Below are positions 50,900 to 63,200 of a stretch of 64,000 bases of DNA, piece by piece. How positions within the stretch are numbered: position 1 is the stretch's first letter; each line of letters starts with the position of its first letter. This DNA is from Scyliorhinus canicula (lineage: Eukaryota). The DNA lies in contig NC_052151.1 in the NCBI RefSeq assembly GCF_902713615.1, positions 165,187,050 to 165,251,049 of the forward strand, written 5' to 3'. The position numbers and the translations under genes are program-made. Below the pieces are notes generated by a model. It saw only the letters and a list, made by a program, of their open reading frames with translations. It did no database searches and had not been told where the DNA came from.

Positions 50900-52110
50900 A
50901 ATCGAAAAGCAGAATACAGTAGATGCTAGAAATCTGAAATAAAAACAGAAAATGCTGGGTGGGATAAAAGTTCAGCAGGTTAGGTAGAGAGAGAATAGAG
51001 CAAGAAATAATTCCTTCAGGCCAGTGACCTTCTATCAGTGCCAGGAAAAACCAGAAGTGTAATAGGTTTTGAGCAAAGGGTGGGTGGGACAAGGACAAAA
51101 GGTGACAAGGTGGAAGACAAGAGAGATTGAATGACAGATGAGTTAGTCCTCCAGGATCAAAGGAGTGATGATGGGCCTAGAAAAGAAACAAAAGATATGC
51201 CTAGAGAAGGTGTTATGTTGACCGAAGGGGGAATAAAAACAAAACCAGCAAAGAAAGGAAAAAAAATGGGGCTCTGAATTTATGGTCTGAAATTGTTAAA
51301 TTCAATTTGGAGGCCAAGTCTACAAAGGGATCCAGTGTTGTTCCTGAAACTTAGGTTGTTCTTCGCTGGAACACTGCAGCAGGTCGAGGGCACAGATGTC
51401 AGCGTGAGAGAAAGGTGGAGAACTAAAGTGACAAGTTGCCAGAAGCAAGAATTTTCTGCTTGCAAAAAGAACGGAGGTTTTCCACAAAGTGGTCATCCAA
51501 TCTGCCTTTGTTGACCCCGGCGTAGAGGAGACCACATTGTGAGTAGCAAATGCAGTGGACTAGATTGAAAGGTCACGAAAGTTACTGATTTATCTGGAAG
51601 GAGTATTTGGAGCTTTTGGAACTATGAGGAGGGAGGAGTCAAAAGAGTGGCTGTTATATCCCATACAATTGTATGGGAAGGTGCTGTAGAACGGGGAGAG
51701 GTATTAGGGGGTGACTGAGTAGTGGATCAGGCAAACAGTCCCTTTGGAATGATGAGGGGAGTGGAAGATGTTTTTTTTTTCAGTTAGGCAATTCATCGCC
51801 TTCTGGCCTAAACAGTGAGTTGAACAATTTCAAACGTAAACTCAGCTCCCCATCTTGTTTCCTTCCCATTGCTTATTTCATTCTTCTTTCATTCAGAGAG
51901 CAGCATACTTGTTCTAGGCACATATTTTGTTTCATTGCATCTTTTCTTTCACCATCATCATCCCCTTTGATCCTGAGGACTGATTTTTCTGACATTTCAC
52001 AGACTCTATCACAAACCTTCCTTATGTTCTTGTCCCATCCCCTTCCTCCAAAAATGTTATGTTTCTACCTTTTCCCAATTCTGATGAAAGGTCACAGACC
52101 TGGAATGTTG
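50900..52110. mobile_element. Penelope-like element with inverted terminal portions
   Basis: Minus-strand GIY-YIG remnant (NLVHCICYSQCGLLYAG...RLDDHFVE) near 51470-51600. The 3' segments at 50900-51300 (-) and 51780-52110 (+) face opposite ways. Confidence 0.7.
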
Positions 52111-52532
52111 GGCACGATTCAGTGGCCTTGCCGCTCCCGACTTGGTGCCAGGACGAGGCCATCCAATGTCACAAGATTTGCGAGCTCGAAGGTTTTGCGT
52201 GATCTGGATCTTGTCCTCACTGGGCTTGATGCAGATGAGCCGTACTGAGTTTTTCTCCCCCAACATTTTCTGTTACTTAAATTTTGTTTAGTTTCTGATG
52301 TATGCTAGTGATCTGTGCTTAACAACCACTTCAGATAAGGTGATACTTATTTAAATGGTTTCATGTTTGCTTTTCAATAATAAATGATACATTTTTGTTG
52401 ATTCCCATCAACATTACCAAAATCAAATCTTGTATAATTTAACTTCACTGCAAACTTGATTTGGAGCTTACTTTACATTTCTCTCTCTCCAATTTCAAAG
52501 GAGAAAAACTTGTGCTTTACTGATTTTCTTAG

Positions 52533-52703
52533 GACATGCTAAAGAACACTCCGAAGGGACACCCTGATAGACTACCTCTTCAGATGGCTCTCACAGAGCT
52601 TGAAACGTTAGCAGAGAAACTAAATGAACAGAAACGGGAAGCTGATCAACGGTGTGAAATGAAGCAGATTGCAAAAGCGATGAATGAACGGTATTTGAAC
52701 AAG
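52533..52703 (+). CDS. ARHGEF10: ARHGEF10 coding exon, end of DH domain ([57 protein letters not shown])
   Basis: ttttcttag| acceptor and |gtagaa donor; 171 nt, phase 0-0. The seven exons total 864 nt with no stop. Confidence 0.95.
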
Positions 52704-54885
52704 GTAGAATTCTGATTCTTCTCTTTGCAATGATAATGCTTTTATCATTCCACGTGCAAAGTTGAAGGGAATATTTTTAGATGAGCCAAATTCAGAAGAT
52801 ACAATTAATTAGTTTGGGGTTTTAACAGCCACACTTATCAACCGAGACCGGATGCAATTCCAAAATTTTCCAGTAGATGTCAGATGGTGCACAGATGCAG
52901 TATAATATTGAAGGTCTTCCATAAGGCAGGGAGTTGATTTTTAACTTGCTGACTGGATAAAAAATGTGGCTTTGGAAATTGACCTCCCATTAGTGAAATT
53001 GCTGATGCGAATGAACATTGGGTGTTTTCTGATTATGGCAGGAGAGATTGTGACAAATGCTTATCTACTTCTGGGTTGCAAGTTAAAAACCTAACTTACT
53101 GTCTGCATTGGTTATGCTCATCAGTCCATTATACACTGTTTCCTGCTATTTGCTGTCAACTATGTGGTCTTGACTCACTTACGACTTGACTTTCTGATTA
53201 TTGCCTTACTGTGGAAGATGTGTAAACAATATAGTAATATTTATTATTGGTGAACCAGAGTGAAATTATACAACAGTGACTGAGTTTTGAAGATGCAGCA
53301 AACCCATTAAATCTGAAGGCACTGATCCAAATAATGTGAACATTTGTTCTCATTTATTGAGAGGCCAAGGTCCATGTTGCAAAATGCTACAATGTAGAAG
53401 GTAGTGGCAGAGGAGAAATAGATCAAGGAGCAGTGAATAGTTAACACCAAACTAGGGGGTTTAGCAACCAGTAGATTGTAGGAGGGAGGGAGGGCTGATG
53501 GATTCATAGTTACACAGTTAACCAGTCTCAGGAGCCAGTGATTCATTGAGTCATTGTACGGATTCAAGGATGAGCAAGAAAGAATAACTTCGGAGATAAG
53601 TGACTTTTGTAATCCAATACCATAGAGGCCAGAAATAAGGAAACAATCTTCTATCAGCTGATTAACTTTTCCAGCTAACTTGTCCAAGTGTGTGAAAAGA
53701 ACCAGCCAGAAATGGGGGTGATACTCAAAATTCCGGGCAATTGGGAAGAGAACAAATAAGAGGAAACCAAGGGCATGATTCAGTGGACTGCAGTTAAAGT
53801 CCGCTGAATGATGCATTTAGCGGGGTTGCGATTTACCGGCCTCATTCCGCCTGACTTGGTGTCATGATAAGGCTGTTGAATCTCGCGAGAGGGCCTAGAG
53901 ACGTCTCGTGAGATTCAACCGAACCTTGCAAGACATTGCATTCTGGATTTTGCCGGTGCTGGGAGAGATCCAGATCAGCATATTGAAATGCATAATGGAG
54001 GTGTCGTCAAAGTCCATCAAAAGCTTTCCCCCACAATGCAAATCCTGCTCAGAGACAGCTGCTTGGTGGATTGCTGATCTATTTTTCCCTTCACACTTGA
54101 ATGCATTTCCATTACCCTGCTTTGATGCTAACTACAATATTTATAAACATTCTTGCTACGATTGACAGTTCCTCACCACATCAAAAGCAGATAAGTGCTT
54201 TCAATTCCTCGTTTTCACAGCAGAAAGCATTTAGCTGCTTTTAATGTGCTGACGAGCTGTCCAGAACGGCGATTCCAGCTCGTCGAATCTTGTTATCGGA
54301 ATTTGACCCAATTTCCAAGTTGATGCTTTTTACGTCAATTAAAGCCTTGATTTTAATTCTGGTTGGAAATTGGACTTGGGACAAACCAGGCATGAGCACA
54401 GATACCTTAAAATATATATATATATATATTAATTATTGTATGCACCTGATCAGTTTCCTGCTTGAAATCAACAAAACTACCGAATGGCCAGCGAATTGGT
54501 GTTGAAAGCTGCTGTTGGTGATTGAAGGAACGTTATGTTGACCTGGAAGGAAAGTCATAACTTCTTCCCTATTGAGGTCCATAGTTGAAACTGCAGTTGT
54601 CTCTATTGACACTTTTGGAGCACACTTAATGAGGATCTCACCAGTTTCCAATCGGGTATCCTTTCCACTTACCCAAAAGAGCAAGTTAAAATTGTCGCAT
54701 GCACAGTGAGAGTTAAACTTCAACAGGTACGTCTCTGGTAACTTTTACACCTCCCCCCACCCCACCCCCAAATAAATATTTCCACCTGACAGACACTGCA
54801 TGATGTCAAGTCAAGATTTCACCACTGTTGCATCGAAGAATTCTAGTGGGACTGAAAATTGAGTAGGTCAAAGGGAAAACACGTA

Positions 54886-55694
54886 GGGCCAAGATTCTCC
54901 ATTTCAGAGACTCAGTGCTGATGCCGGGATTGAACCGTATGACTCCTACAACCTCGAAAGCAGCGACGGTACCGGAGTGATTCAGGGCATCCTAATGGGC
55001 TAGCATAGGCGCTATGTGGAACTAGTACAATTCTAATGAACGCTGGTGTGTGATTAGCTGGGGTTGGGAATGGCACTGGAGAGCCTGATGAGCAGGAGCC
55101 AAGAAGATGGCACTGGTTGCGCTGGAGCACGCCCATCCCGTTGAAGTGTTGGGTGGGGCCAGAGGATACCTGGGGGGTGGCCTCTGGGGGCATCCATATG
55201 ACCCATGGCACTAGGTTCACAGTGGGCAGTAAGTGGTGTACGCAGCTGCCTTGCAGGCTATAGCAATGATGGTCTGTGCCCGTCCACCCTGACCCCATGG
55301 TCCACCTCCTGGCCCCCCTCTGCTACTCCCCAGGCCTTAGCAGAAGCCGGCCAGTCGGCGGCATAACTGTCAGCACACTATAGTTGTTGGACACGTTTTT
55401 CGTCACCCCCCCCGGCTTCCACGACGCCTTTTCCTGATTTTACATACTACAAGTGGACCTCATCGTCAGTAATTCCTCTTGGCAGAGGTGGAAATTGCCT
55501 GGTCGGGCCCATTAATGATGTGCCAATGGTGCTTATTGCACAATTAGCATGTCCACATCGTGGAATGCATTCATGCTGCTGTCGAGGCACCGGAGCATGG
55601 CACTCCGTCGGTGCCCACTGTCGGCCTTGATTTTCGCAATTCTCTGCCCGGTCGCATTCCCCAATTAGGGTGTCGCTGAATGGAGAATCCAGCC
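54886..55694. mobile_element. Harbinger-like non-autonomous element
   Basis: Termini gggccaagattctcc...ggagaatccagcc; left end similar to the element at 58415. Confidence 0.7.
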
Positions 55695-56169
55695 TGCAAT
55701 GTCTGGGGCTAAACCTGACTAAAGGAAGATAGTTGCGGGTGTTGGATGCTTATTATTGAAGCCGCAGATCATCGCTGCTAGAGTTGCTCAGGAAAATACC
55801 CTCAGCCTATTTATTCTTAGCTTATTTTTCCCATCATGCTGAGAGTGAGGATACGTGCCGATGATCCTGAGGTGTTAAGTGCAGTTCACGATTTTTCTGA
55901 TTTTGAAGCAACCTATTTCAGCCTACTCCAGAAAATCCAGGCAAGATCCAGGCTTGAGCTGAAAAGTGAGACATCAGTAAAAGGAATGACTGTCTCCAAC
56001 ATGAGAAAGCTTTTCACCTTCCCTGACTTTCAATGCTCTTCACTCCTTTTAGCCGCAAACTTAACTGGGGTCAGCCATATCATCAATATGGCTCTAAAAG
56101 CAGGGCAGAGGCTGAATGCTTCTTAAAGTTCCTCTACATCTATAAGAATAACATCAGGAGTATGATAAA

Positions 56170-56397
56170 GGGCAGCACGGTGGCGCAGTGGTTAGCATTG
56201 CAGCCTCACGGCGCCGAAGTCCCAGGTTCGAACCCGGCTCTGGGTCACTGTCCGTGTGGAGTTTGCACATTCTTCCCGTGTTTGCGTGGGTTTCGCCCCC
56301 ATAACCAAAAGATGTGCATGTTGGGTGGATTGGCCGCGCTAAATTGTCCCTTAATGGGTAAGAATGAATTGGGCACTCTAAATTTATTTTTTAAAAA
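56170..56397 (+). mobile_element. HE1-like V-SINE, short AT-tailed form, nested in LINE remnants (~55700-56850)
   Basis: Same subfamily as the copies at 23258 and 30058. Confidence 0.9.
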
Positions 56398-57349
56398 GGA
56401 CGATAGAGTAATCACCACTTACGTGGAGAAGCTTTGCTGCAATGACATTCAAGAAGCTTGATCAGTGTCTCTGCCACTTGACTCGATATGCATGCCCTCT
56501 ATCATAAATGCTCCGCCCCTGCAGTATGTAGGCATAATCCTAAAGCGATATTCCAAGCTTCACTTGGTCAGCACTTTGTGGTCGTATAACATTTTGACAA
56601 CAAGTAGGTCGAGAGCAGCAGAATTATGAAATCACCATCACTTCCAATTTGTAGATCAAGCTGCTGTGGACATGTATTACCATTCCTTCACCTCTGCTGG
56701 TCAAAATCTTGGCATTCCCTACCCAGCTCAAAAATGGGAGCAGGATGAGCATATTGTCCGCAGCGGTTCAACAAGAATGCTCACCACCACTATCTAGGGG
56801 CAGCTGGAGTCGAGCAATAAACATGGCAGCGCCAGTATTGGTCCCATCCCGAGAAGACATTTTCAAAGGATTACTTTGAGGATGATGCTAGAATCTGGGA
56901 CAAGCATTCAAAACCGCTCACCATTGGTCTGCAGGACAGCCCGAAACAAGGAGAAATCTAAGATACCAGGAGGTGGGACCTCAGCATGTAAGCAGCACGA
57001 TATGAGCACAGTTGTTGCAGCTCAACTGCTCCTCTTCCCACTCAGTTCACTTTTTATAAAATGTTCCTCATACCTAACCACAGCTGTTACCAGTTGGGAG
57101 GAGATGGAGTACCTCTGAAAACTCTAGCAAGTTTACCACACATAAATGTGTTCGCATCAGAAGCTGATGTTTGCAAACACTAAAATATTTTTATTTTACA
57201 TGGCGAGAGCAAATTGAGCCGTTTTTTGACTTGTTACAAATTTAATAGAATCTACCCAAAACATGTTTTAGCAAAAGCAAAGTAAATGTTAGGAAGTGAA
57301 TCTCATCTCACAAATTCTATTTTTACATTCTAGTCACACGAATGACTGA

Positions 57350-57513
57350 TGCACAGTGGGCTAAACCACTGGCTTGTAATGCAGAACAAGGTCAGCAGCG
57401 TGGGTTCAATTCCCGTACCGGCCTCCCCGAACAGATGCTGGAATGTGGCGACTAGGGGCTTTTCACAGTAACTTCATTGAAGCCTAATGTGACAATAAGC
57501 GATTATTATTATT
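57350..57513 (+). mobile_element. tRNA-derived SINE (MetaSINE-like body, from recall)
   Basis: B-box gggttcaattccc; body gtggcgactaggggcttttcacagtaacttcattgaagcc; (att)n tail. Confidence 0.8.
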
Positions 57514-58136
57514 AAATCGGTCACCAGCATCTCCGCTGTGTGTAGCAAGTGTCATGTTGAGAAGATTGCCACTGCTGGCAGTGCTCACACATTTCTGTCT
57601 GTTTAAAATAAATTAGCATATGTCTGAATTAGGGAGTGACTGGATTTATAAGAGCAAACCTGCTGAGCTTCCAAAAATTAACAGCTGCTGAAAACGGGAC
57701 TAAAAAGAGTGCATGCGTTAGTCACACAGGTTATAGTGGCATTGTGACCCATGGGGCTGGATTCTCCAATAAACTGGCATCTATTACATTGTCAGATTTC
57801 TGCTTTGTGAGCGACCTATCATAGTGTCATGATGATGTGAATTGTGCATGAGTTCTATCACTCTGTAATTTCATCGGCTGATTGAACATATATTCAAGTG
57901 AACTATTTAAAAGCAAGAAAAAGCACTAACATAAAATGGCTGCTAAAGTTACCCGATGTCTTGGTATTGCAAGTTGGCCAGTTTCCGGAAAGTTCCACTG
58001 TGAATTACAATTCATATATGCCACGACATGCTTCTATGGGATTTCACACCTGCTGATGTCAAAAACTTCACAATAGTTCTTGAAACTGCTATGACCTCAT
58101 ATTTCCGTTTCTCTCAGGCTACCTCTCAAGCAGAGG

Positions 58137-59145
58137 CAGAACGTCTGCAAGGACATTAGCTACATGGAAAGGTTTTCCTATTTCTTCAAGATGGCTGGGA
58201 CATTATAGAATATAATCACCTTGGCCCTGAAACAAAATTCAAGATCTGTCCTGATATCAGCTAAGAAAATACCTTCTGAAGTTATTATGTGGAGAGAAGT
58301 TATGTGACTGATATAACCATTTTGGAAATCTCTTTATTACAAGATGCAAACTGCTAAGATGTTATCTAGAAAAGCTGCCAATGAAGTAGAAATGAGCTCC
58401 CTATTAAGGCCCTCGGCTGGATTCTCCATTCCTCGACTTAGTGTTGATGCAGGGGCAGGATTCGCCGAGTTCTATGACAGCAAAACTGGCGCCGCACCTG
58501 GACCGATTCAGTGACTGTTGAGGCGTTAGCACTGGCATCACGTGGAACACAATCGATTCCAAAGAGAAATAGTGCAGGATTCACGATTGACACTCAGGAG
58601 GCTGACGAGCAACAGCCTCATATACACACTTCACTCCCCACACACACCATTCCAGCCAACACTTTAAGACCCACCTGCTCATGATCGAGGAGAGGCAGGC
58701 CACCCTGTACCCCAGCCCGGGAAGGAAGCTGCCAGCCGTCACTGTTCGCTGTGCTGGGCGCAGGTGGTAGAGGCAGTGAGCGCCACCTGTAACACCGTCC
58801 GGACCGGCCTGCGATGCAGGAAGAAACTACACAACCTCTCCGGGCGGCCAGGGTGACTAGGCAGCACTGTGCCCCTAGCACCAACCCCTGTCCCACACCG
58901 TTCCCCCACTTCCACACCCCCCACCCGGAGGGCAGGCGAATCCCCACCCTACACCACATGATGGAACCCATATAGCCCCTCTGGCCGGGTGCCCTGGCCA
59001 CTTCAGAAGGTATTCTCTTAGCTGATATCAGGACAGACCTTGAATTTTGTTTCATGGCCAAGGTGATTGTATTCTATAATGCCCCAGCCATCTTGAAGAA
59101 ATATGAAAAGCTTTCCATATAGCTAATGTCCTTGCAGACGTTCTG
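58137..59145. repeat. 146-bp inverted repeat (58137-58282 and 59000-59145)
   Basis: Gap-free reverse-complement alignment with 8 mismatches. Confidence 0.93.
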
Positions 59146-59530
59146 TGCCCTGGCCACTGAAGCCACCAGCTACCCACCCCCTGGGCGCAGTCCCAGACGG
59201 AGATGGTCCACTTCCTGTGCTCCATAGCTGCGAGCATGCAGACCCTGGTCGAGACCAGAGCGGGTGGAACCTCAGGGGTTAGCTCTGCCCGCAGCCCCAT
59301 CCCAAGGAGTAGCCCAGGGGCCATCGGGCACCCCGAGGGAGGAGGAGGTAATGGGGCCTGTGCCGGTGACTCCTTCAGGGGAGGTGCCAGAGCACCTCGG
59401 TGCATCTGGTGGGCAGAGGGTAGAACAGGGTGGCACCACACCACCTGGGACACCCGAGCAGCAGCCGGGCCCATTCAGGCCTGGTCGCCCCAAAAGTTGC
59501 CTGCCAACGGAGACCCAGGTCTCAGGGTCG
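58415..59530 (+). mobile_element. PIF/Harbinger deletion derivative with Myb/SANT-like gene remnant
   Basis: Left TIR ggctggattctcc. 58687-58852 reads, with two frameshifts, EERQATLYP...WAQVVEAVSATCNTVRTGLRCRKKLHNL.RAAR followed by a gt donor, typical of the Harbinger Myb-like (MSANTD/NAIF1-type) protein. Right TIR not seen. Confidence 0.75.
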
Positions 59531-60251
59531 CCCCTATGCTGCGCAGTGGAGGCCGCCACAACATCTTTACCTAGGTGGGTATCTTTTAACTCCATAAAAA
59601 CTAACCCCTTTTGTGTTTTAAGCTCAAGAAAACCTTCCAGACTAATATATTTGCAATCGGCACATAACTGGTTAAGCACAGAGAGTGAATAAATTCTTTC
59701 ACCTTTACAAATTTTTAAAAAACCTGTTACGTTAGACATGGACAGGGGAGTCATTTTTACCCCTCCTTATGGGGCCGTAACATTAAATGTTTGCCAACAT
59801 TGGTACTATCTTCAATAACACCTCAACATTTTTACATTGGTCTTTGATGCAAATGGTTCCCAGGGGCATTTGTATGTTAGACGTTTATGATGATGGGGTT
59901 AGATAAAGTAGGATGGGAGGATGTTCATGTGGGGCATAAACCAGCACAGATCAGTTGGAACAGTCCGTTCCTGTGCTGAATATCACATGCGAGATGTCCA
60001 GATTTATTTGTTACATTCCCCTGCGATGCCAGCAGATGGTGCTTTTAATCGGATTTGCAATGTTAATATGAGCAGTGACCCGTAACAGTTTCCTGTTGTG
60101 AGACTGCCCAGCGTGAAACTTGCTCATCCCTGCCACAGCTTTCTGTGTTACATCTGCTGTACGCTTCATTATAAGACTTTTTATAAAATGTTTGCGTTTT
60201 TTCCCTATCTCCGCTTTCTTTCCTTTGTCCAATTTTTCCCTTTGAGATTGA

Positions 60252-63200
60252 TTTTTTTAATAAACATTTAATTGAGGTATTTTTGGTATTACAACAAAAT
60301 AAACAATGCATATGAAACTATAAACATAGTGCAAAAGCCGTTTCCCTCCCTTACAGGTCCCACCTTTATTAACCCCCTACTCTAAGCTAAACTAACCCCC
60401 CCCCCCCACCCTTTTGCTGACGATTAATTTTCCGCAAAGAAGTCGACGAACGGTTGCCACCTCCGGGTGAACCCTAACAGTGACCCTCTCAAGGCAAACT
60501 TGATTTCCTCCAAACAGAGAGAGCTAGCCATGTCCGACAGCCAGATCTCCGACTTCGGGGGCTTTGAGTCCCTCCAAGCTAATAGTGTCCGTCTCTGGAC
60601 TACCAGGAAAGCAAAGGCCAGAACCTCTGCCTCTTTCTCCTCCTGGATTCCCGGGTCTTCCAACACCCCGAAAATCGCCACCTCTGGACTCGGTGCCATG
60701 CTTGTTATTGACACCGTGGACATGACATCTGCAAAGTCCGGCCAGAATCCCCTAAGCTTTGGACATATCCAGAACATGTGGACATGTTCGCTGGTCCTCC
60801 CACACTTGCATACTGTCTTTCACCACAAAGAATCTGCACATCCGGGCCGTTGTCATGTGAGCCCGGTGAATGACGTTGAATTGTATCAGGCTGAGCCTGG
60901 CACATGTTGAGGACGCGTTGACTCTACTCAACGCGTCCACCCATAGACCATCCTCTATCTCACCTCCCAGCTCCTCCTCCCACTTGCGCTTCAGCTCCTC
61001 GGTCTGCGTCTCCTCTGACCCCATAAGTTCCTTGTAAATGTCAGAGAAGCTCCCCACCCACTGGAAACTACCCTGTCCTGAATCCCCCTTAGTGCTAGGA
61101 GCAGGAAGGTTGACACCTGTCTACATAGGAAGTCCCACACCTGTAGGTGCCTGAATTTGTTTCCCCTCGCCAACCCAAACTTCCCCTCCTGTTCCATCAT
61201 ACTCGGAAAGCTCCCCTCTTTAAACATATCCCCCATCCTCTCAATCCCTGCTCTGCGCCATATCTGGAACCCCCCAACATTACATCCCGGGACAAACTGG
61301 TGATTATTACAGATAGGGGATCAGACCGATGCTCCATCTGCTCCCACATGTCTCCTCCATTGCCCCCAGACTCTCAGGGTCGCCACCACCACGGGGCTGG
61401 TGGAGTACCGTGCCGGTGGGAACGGCAGATGCGCAGTTATCAACGCCCCCAGACTGGTGCCCTTGCATGAAGCCGCCTCCATACGCTATGCTCCTCCCCC
61501 ACCACCCACTTCCTGATCATGGCTATATTCGGTGCCCAGTAATAGTTATTAAAATTTGGCAGCCCGCCTTCTCCCCGACTCCGCTCAAGCATTACCTTCC
61601 TTACTCGCGGGGTCTTGCCCACCCAAACGAAGCCAGTGATCACTTTGTTGTTCCGTTTAAAAAAGGACCGCGGAACAAAGATGGGGAGACACTGAAACAC
61701 AAGCAAGAATCTCGGTAGGACAGTCATCTACCATCTTTACCCTCCCAACTAGTGACAACGGAAGGGCGCCCCATCTCCGAAAATCATCCTTCATTTGGTC
61801 TACTAGTCGGGCCAGATTTAATTTATGCAGCTGGTCCCATTCCCGCGCCACTTGGATGCCTAGATACCTAAAGCTTCCCCCTACTAATCTAAACGGTAGC
61901 TCCCCCAATCGCCTCTCCTGTCCCCTCGCCTGGACCGCAAACATCTCTTTTCCCCATATTGAGCTTATACCCCGAAAACCAGGCCAAATTCCCCTAGAAT
62001 CCTCATTAATTCTTCCATCCCCTCTATTGGGTCCGATACATACAGAACCCCCTGGATCAGCCCTTTCCAATCCAGCCCCTTGAGGCTCTCAGAGCAATTG
62101 CCAGCGGCTCTATAGCTCACGCGAACAACAGTGGGGAGAGGAGGCATCCCTGTCTCGTCCCCTGGTGCAGTCTAAATAGTCAGATGTTGGCTATTTGTCC
62201 GTACGCTTGCCACAGGAGCCTCATACAGCAACCTGACCCAGTCAATAAAGTCCCGCACAAATCTGAAACATCCCAGTACCTCCCACAGATAATCCCATTC
62301 TACCCGGTCAAAAGCCTTCTCTGCATCCATTGCGATCACTACCTCCACCTCCCTACCTTCCGGGGGCATCATTATCACGTTTAACAACCTTATCTTGGCC
62401 ACCAACTGCCTATCGTTAACAAACCCCTCTGGTCCTCCCCAATAATGTCCGGAACACAATTCTCAATCCTGGAGGACAAAATTGTGGCCAGCAGTTTGGC
62501 GTCCACATTCAATAGGGATATTGGCCTGTAGGACCCACACAGCTCCGGGTTCTTGTCCTGCTTCAGGATCAGCAAAATTGTGGTCTGTGACATCGTCGGG
62601 GGCAGCACCCCTCTTTCCCTTGTCTCATTGAACATCCTCATCAACATGGCCCCAATATCCCAGAGAACGTTTTAGAAAACTCCACTGGATACCCGTCCGG
62701 CCCAGGGGCTTTACCCGACTGCATGGCCTTCAGACACTCCACTATCTCTTCCAACCTGATAGGGGCGCCCAGCCCTTCTACCAGCTCCCCGTCCACCTTT
62801 GGGAAATTCAGCCCCCCTAAGGAATGCTTCATCCCCTCGGACCCTGTTGGGGGTTCTGACCCATACAGCCTACTGTAAAAATCCCTAAATGCCTTATTCA
62901 CCCCTACTGAATCTCCAGCCAGGTTTCCATCTCTGTCATTTACTTTCCCTATCTCCCTGGCTGCCTCCCTCTTTCTCAGCTGCTGTGCAAGCATTCTGCT
63001 GGCCTTCTCTCCATGCTCAAAGATCGCCCCCCCCCTCACCTTTCTCAGCTGCTCCACCTCCCCCCCTTGTGGTTAACAAGCCGAACTCCATCTGTAGCCT
63101 CCGCCGTTCCCTTAAAATCCCTGCCTCTGGGGTCACCGCATACCTCCTATGATCTGTAGTATCTCTCCCCACCCCCCCATCAGCTCCATGAACCTTCTTA

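Noticed and set aside
53030-53095. GEIV-encoding stretch resembling the next ARHGEF10 exon
   Set aside because: Flanking residues do not match and the frame closes; the next exon is probably beyond 64000.
54433-54730. 96-aa minus-strand ORF and a strong plus-strand donor cag|gtacgt
   Set aside because: No similarity to the expected next ARHGEF10 exon (LLSSGSRYLIRSDD...) or any protein I recognise.
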